A stretch of DNA of 55,054 bases, counting the filler, from Sphacelaria rigidula (Eukaryota), in the NCBI GenBank assembly GCA_964200075.2. It is 6 parts of 6 records of this genome, joined end to end, with 100 filler letters (N's around TTAATTAATTAA, not from the genome) between each part and the next. Parts side by side here need not be neighbours in the genome. Positions count along the whole stretch, not along the records: positions 45,963 to 55,054 come from CAXNAA020009322.1; 5 more parts are not named here. One strand, written 5' to 3'. The notes under the pieces are model-generated. The model made no database searches, was not told the DNA's origin, and saw nothing but the letters and a program-made list of their open reading frames with translations. Below are positions 49,681-55,054 of the stretch, piece by piece. The stretch's first letter is position 1, and the number at the start of each line of letters is the position of its first letter. The position numbers and the translations under genes were made by a program.

Positions 49681-50294
49681 TCCCCACCCATAACTCGTAC
49701 AGGGATTGATTCGTCTGATACTACTTGGAGTGTACACAATTTCAGTTCGTGATTTGTGCGGTATGGCCTGAACATACAACTTCACCATCCGTGATTTGGT
49801 ACATGATTCGCAATCAATATTCATAGGGAGCCAAACCGTATGAAGTCTGCTTCGTCCGAACCGTGTACAATTTGAGGCATATAAAGATTGGCTTGAAAAA
49901 ATTGGTATTTCTAATATCACAACATTTCCAAGGCCGCTGATTGGTCTAGGAATATTTCTGCCTTTACGCGCCACCCTTACGGCCTCAAACTAAATCCGGC
50001 TACGTCACCCTCTTCAGTTGTTCATTCAAGTCAGTATGATACCATGTATGCGACTGTTGGGTAGATATTGCGGAAGCTATTTGCTGATGTATAATTTTCC
50101 GTGGTGAGCGTGAATCAGCCTGATATGACGGTTCAAGCTAAAAGCTAGGTAGTTTTCAACCATGGATTTGGGGAGAACCAACTCTCGTTGTACTGCACAG
50201 GTCTGGAGATTCATGGTGTCGGTTTTTCCCCCCACGACAGAAACTATCGAATATAATCAAATGTTGCAGGTCTCTCGACGTTACTGCACTGTAC

Positions 50295-50413
50295 CTGACG
50301 TGCTCCTTGTATTGTTCCGGGTCCTGCTGTTTTTTTCTGCGGCAGTAGAAAGCCAAGACCGCTAATATTGCGGCGCCCAGGACCCCTGCCGCCAGCCCGA
50401 CGCCCATGTGTGC
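50295..50413 (-). CDS. Exon of a single-pass membrane protein
   Basis: aacag|AHMGVGLAAGVLGAAILAVLAFYCRRKKQQDPEQYKEHV|gtacag; hydrophobic helix followed by a basic stop-transfer cluster. Confidence 0.55.
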
Positions 50414-53400
50414 CTGTTCAAGGGCATCATGTGAACATTAGTCATTAGTCATTAGTCATTATCATTATCATCATTATATCATTTCCTCGTAACGGGAGCA
50501 GATACAATCAGAAATGGTTTTGGGGAATCGCAGAACTATGGAGTTGCATGTTGATCGTACAAGCCCATCAAATGGGAGACAAGGACTCGTGTGTTGCAGC
50601 GTGCGCCAATAATCAAACCACCTGAAAATATATATATATATATATATATGTCACGCGAAAAACAAGAGGAAAACAACTGCCCTTGATTATTTCTCCTTGT
50701 ATTGTATATACGTACCCCTCTCGCTGATGGGCAAAATCGCCAGATGGGAAAGGAACAAAAGGACCCAACACCAGAAGAAGAAACAAAAATTGTTCAACAC
50801 CCATGACAAAACGAAACCAAAGGGAACACAAACAAGATTCGACAGCTACTACAGTACTTGGAAAAACAAACAAACTTGTGCAACAGGCAAACCGAACCGG
50901 AGAAGAAAACACCTGGATCAGATATTCACGTACAGTATCCAACCTAACATAACAAGCTGCTTTGTGATGGGTCATTTCGGAAGAACTTCCGAAATACTTT
51001 TTTCTTCGAAATTCATGTTCACGAAACGACAAACCATATTTCAGACCAACTCGTGTGATTGGAACTACAATGGGTTTACGAAACTGGTACTTTTTCGGGT
51101 GATGTAAAGTTTCAAAATTCTGTACGACACTTCCCCCGAAATTTCACACATTTGTTTTTTGTCATGGTACAGGAAATGAAGAAAAAAAAAAAACACACAC
51201 AGGGCAAATAGCCGTCTGCACAAAAATGCACCGCCGGAGGAAGGTAGAGTACTCGAACAAGAAAAAAAAAAAAACATGCGTTGGGGTTTCTCCCCTGTGA
51301 CACCGGCTGACTCGCCCACATGTACCGAAAGGTGTAGACTAGCGTCCAGAATAGATGGGATGACGGCACAAACACACGAAATGTTCACAAACTTTCAGAT
51401 TGTCGTCTCCTCAGTGCACGCAGGCAACACATACTGCAGCATAGAGCAAAGTGAACAAGCATACATCCTGTAAATTGTGCTGTACTGTCTTGTACTGTCT
51501 ATGTGGTATGGTGCATAGGCACAGGAAAACCGTATCGATTGATTCAAACGCTATTCTTTGGCCGCAACTCGCGGAACGAGAGAGTGTATCGCACAGCCTA
51601 CACCCCCTTATTCAGGGCGCGGCGGAAGACTGGTCAAGGAGAGATCTCGAGAAACATTCATCAGCTCGTAGCGGCTCGCGTCCAGTAAACATCATGGGCG
51701 CCGACATAATCAAACTTGTTTTTCCACAAGTAGCCCTGGCCACTGCGACCACCGCTTTTGGTTTCTCACGTGCATGGCTGTGCAGGTTGTGGTGAGACTC
51801 GGTTGTCGAAGGTCAAATAAGTTTACACCTCACTTCTTCGGCACTTTCACATTTGCTTGACTACGAGGACATGACGATTATATCGCGCTCTTTATAAGTT
51901 GATACAAGATCGGCCATTTCTTTCTGTGCTTTGCTCTTGTTGGCTGTTCATTCTTTTTTTTTTTGTCTCACATCTTAGTCTACCATGTCGCTCTGTTTGA
52001 CTTTTCCTGTTCCTTTTTTTTCTTCAACGAATGTTTCAGTTTTTTTTTTTGGGGGTACGTTTATCATGTGACCACGGCTGGATCATGACCCCTGGGGGAT
52101 CAGTTCAAGTGCAACAATCCAACCAAATATATATATATATATATATATCACGGTTTCGTATTTTCCGGCGGCTCAGGCTCTCGCCGCGAAAATGAGCAAG
52201 CCGGACTCGTGGAGTTCTCGAAAAAGACGAATAGCGGAGCACAACGATCTCGTGACAGTAGCACATCCTCTCCAGTTTGCCACGCGGTAAGAGTTGGTCA
52301 TATTCAAAAGCGAAAATATGCACGAAATTCGGTATCGTGTGAAGTGACCAACCGGGCGCGCACGACACGTTAAACGGGCCGCCAAAGAGGTGAAGGCAGG
52401 GGCCCTTCTTGCTGTCTTGGTGCAACCGTTTCAGAGGTGTCTATGGTAAATGCTTATGCGACGGGGACGTACAGCGGGAGCGGGTGGGGTATAGGGGGTG
52501 TACTCATCATCTCGCATGCCATATTCATATGACCATTGACCTCGCATCCTACAGAGCCGGGACGGAGCACGCTGAGTTTTCGCCGGACCAGGCTCGCAAT
52601 CAATCACCAAGCGCGAGTTAGGGGGAGGGGGAGGGGGAGACGACGACGGCGGCGGCGGCGGCGACAGACACAGTACTTGACCGTACGTTTGATTGATTTG
52701 ATACTAGAAAGTCAGAGTGCAGAGTGGAAGCGTTGGAACTTCAGAGTGAACGCTAAAAAGTTTATAGCGGAAGCTGATGTGACGTGGCTTGATGTGGACT
52801 TTTTTCCCGCAGTGATTGGCCGCAGGTTGTGCCGCCAAATAAATGTGCGATCGCCCAGCGTGCAGTCAGGTGCAGTCCGAAAATGCACCAGTCAAGACAG
52901 CATTTGCTGTACCATACCCTGCGGCACCGTACGTACCGTACACCACGCTTCATCGCACCTGTAGTACTTCAATTCACCACGGTGCACCGCAGGGTACTGT
53001 AGGGCTGTGCAGTGTAGAGTACAACCAGTGCCGTATAGAGAGTGCAATGTAGTACCACAGTACATCGCGGCACGGTGAGCTTCAGCGATGCCGTACAGTC
53101 AGTTGGACAGTAATACAGCGGCACAACAGTACAGTAGTAGGCAGCACTTTCGAACAACAGACAAGGCCGCATCGTCATGATTTCCCAACATGCCACCCAT
53201 GAGTGTGGCGCAAGAAGTCATGACCTCTGACGAAATGGCAATGTAGCCAGGTGTACTACTGCTTGTGCGTTGTAGACTACGAATCGTTAACACCGTCTCC
53301 TTACAGCTGAGGCTGGCAAGAGTGAGGAACTGCACCCAACAGCGTGTGCCCGTCGAGCATTTGAATATTTACGCAACACAACCGAACGAATGCTGATACC

Positions 53401-53989
53401 ATGGGGGCGACAGGGAGTTCTTCTGATTCTCATGCCAAGCTTTTCTAGTTCGTATATGGCCCATTGCGATGAGTATGTCAGTTTTGATGGATGATGAATG
53501 TCTCACTTTGCTTGTTAGGGTGTGTTGACTTTGGACTGGACGTGACCGTGGCGGTGAAGGTGGGCGTGGTTCTTCTTTATTCCGCTATGAGCTCTGAAGA
53601 GGAACAACGGTTTTCAGAGTGGAGTGGTGCAAACGGCACTGACTATGAAAAAATCGCCCTGAAAGAATTTTCATAGCGGAAAGTGCACTGTTACCGGCTA
53701 TTTTTCCTTCCACTCTGACTCTAAGGTTTGAAAAAATGTTTTCTGAAACTCTCGAGTATGATTATCTCCTTTGTGCGGAGGGGTGGGGGCAAAAATCGCC
53801 CTTTGCGCAGACAGTTATAAACGTTGTTCCGCGAAAACGCCCCTACTCAAAGTGAAGAAACAAAACGTAGGAAGAAGAAAACACCGAGTGCAACTTCATA
53901 GAACAGGTACGTAGCAACAGGCGAGGAGTGTTCATATGTGTGCGCCTCGAACATTGCATTGAATAGATAGTTCACATCCGCCTTCTCTT

Positions 53990-54765
53990 GGAATAGAAGA
54001 CAGCAGCTGAGAAGATACTTGCAATGCTAAAAAACGACGAATAATACAGTATTGAGAGCAGCGTTGGGATTGCACCCACTGAAAACAGAGACATGACAAA
54101 AATTGAAATGGCAATATAACGTAACGAAAATGGCAAGGACGGGATTGTCAGCCATAGTCGACAGAGCTGTATGGAAGAAAACAACGAAAGGGAAGGCTGG
54201 AATAAGGTGGAATAGTGTAGTCGAGAAAGTATGGGATAACATAGCAGAAAACCAAGACGAGATACAATGTCCATAGATTAATGTGAGGAGTACAAGACAT
54301 GGGTAAGAGGTATGGTACACAAAAGGCAAAAGCAAGAACTGAGACGGAAACTAGACGAGGAAGAACACCTAAAGATATGCGGGGGGGTGAGGAAGGGGAT
54401 TGGGATGAAAACATATCTGCACGGCCCAATGGACTCCGAGAAAGAATTGAAAATATAATTTCGGGTGGGGGACCTGGACCTGCCAGAATGAAAAAAGGGG
54501 TGTACCAGTAGTCGGGTGGAGGAGGAAGTAGATGCACAGAATTGCTCCTGTGGCAAAGCAACGGAGAGTAGAACCCATATCGTCGCAGATTGGGAACCAT
54601 AAAAGGAGGAACGGGACGTGTAAGAGACAGAACGTGGAATGTAGATGAAGGTAGCATGAAATCGTTTGGACAATTGGAAAATCGTTTGGTGAATTGGACA
54701 GTAGCGAGAAAGCGGTCGCTTGACTAGCAGATAGATGGCGGCCACAGACGGCGAAACAGGAAAAG
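53990..54765 (+). mobile_element. Decayed non-LTR retrotransposon (LINE) ORF2 C-terminal fragment
   Basis: Frameshifted, stop-containing translation VLRAALGLHPLKT..KLKWQYNV..AIVDRAVW..GIRWNSVVEKVW..GMKTYLHGPMD..FRVGDLDLPE..NCSCGKATESRTHIV, i.e. the post-RT region with a degenerate zinc knuckle. Confidence 0.75.
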
Positions 54766-54767
54766 TC

Positions 54768-55000
54768 ATGCTACGATAGGGGAGGGGTTTTTCGGGACGT
54801 TTTCTTCCACGAAATTCTACTAAAAGTAGTCATTGATAGCAGCAACGATTGTTCGAACGCTCTTGCTTCCGATAAATAACGCCCATTCATACTGCTTGAT
54901 ACCGCTTTTACCCGGATAAAAGGGCACCGTGAGTGTGTGAGATAGTCTGAAGCATTAATAAGCCCACTTTTTCGTGGAAGTAAACACCTTCCCCCCCCCC
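54768..55000 (+). mobile_element. MITE-family terminus ATGCTACGATAGGGG interrupting the LINE relic
   Basis: Near-identical to the reverse complement of 35915-35935; the right end is not identified. Confidence 0.45.
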
Positions 55001-55054
55001 CCCCCCCCCCCCCCGCAACGACCCGGAGGAAAAAAGAGGAAAGTGAAGTAAAAG

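Noticed and set aside
51190..51390. Possible SINE/LINE 3'-tail repeat
   Set aside because: It seems familiar as a dispersed repeat but is single-copy here with no diagnostic feature; needs a library search.

Overview
Eukaryotic, intron-rich, repeat-rich DNA, most likely from a brown alga or related stramenopile (inferred from small GT-AG exons in long introns, TTAGGG tracts, an IFT80 gene and the repeat types). The window is not one locus. It is six contigs (1-9094, 9195-18286, 18387-27478, 27579-36670, 36771-45862, 45963-55054; the last five are each 9092 bp) joined by artificial 100-bp spacers (44N-TTAATTAATTAA-44N), so neighbourhood across spacers means nothing. Contig 1 holds diverged nested repeats, a 40-42 bp tandem array, an internally deleted Ty3/gypsy-like element (protease motif, chromo-like and Tudor-like segments, PPT, 388-bp LTR) and a ~63-bp satellite with a 10-mer higher-order repeat interrupted by a MITE. 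Contig 2 holds a multi-exon uncharacterised gene (- strand). Contig 3 holds a Cx9C-motif exon and repeats. Contig 4 holds five phase-compatible IFT80 exons (- strand) with TE relics in the introns. Contig 5 holds paired fold-back hairpins and a tandem CCCH zinc-finger gene with a TTP-like CNOT1-binding-type motif and an intronic mariner derivative. Contig 6 holds a single-pass membrane protein exon, minisatellites and a decayed LINE 3' end. No CRISPR array, rRNA or intact tRNA is evident, and most short ORFs in the track are spurious. I found no clearly new biological system. The best leads are the Tudor/chromo-bearing retroelement, the atypical TTP-like gene, the HOR satellite and modular MITEs sharing termini.
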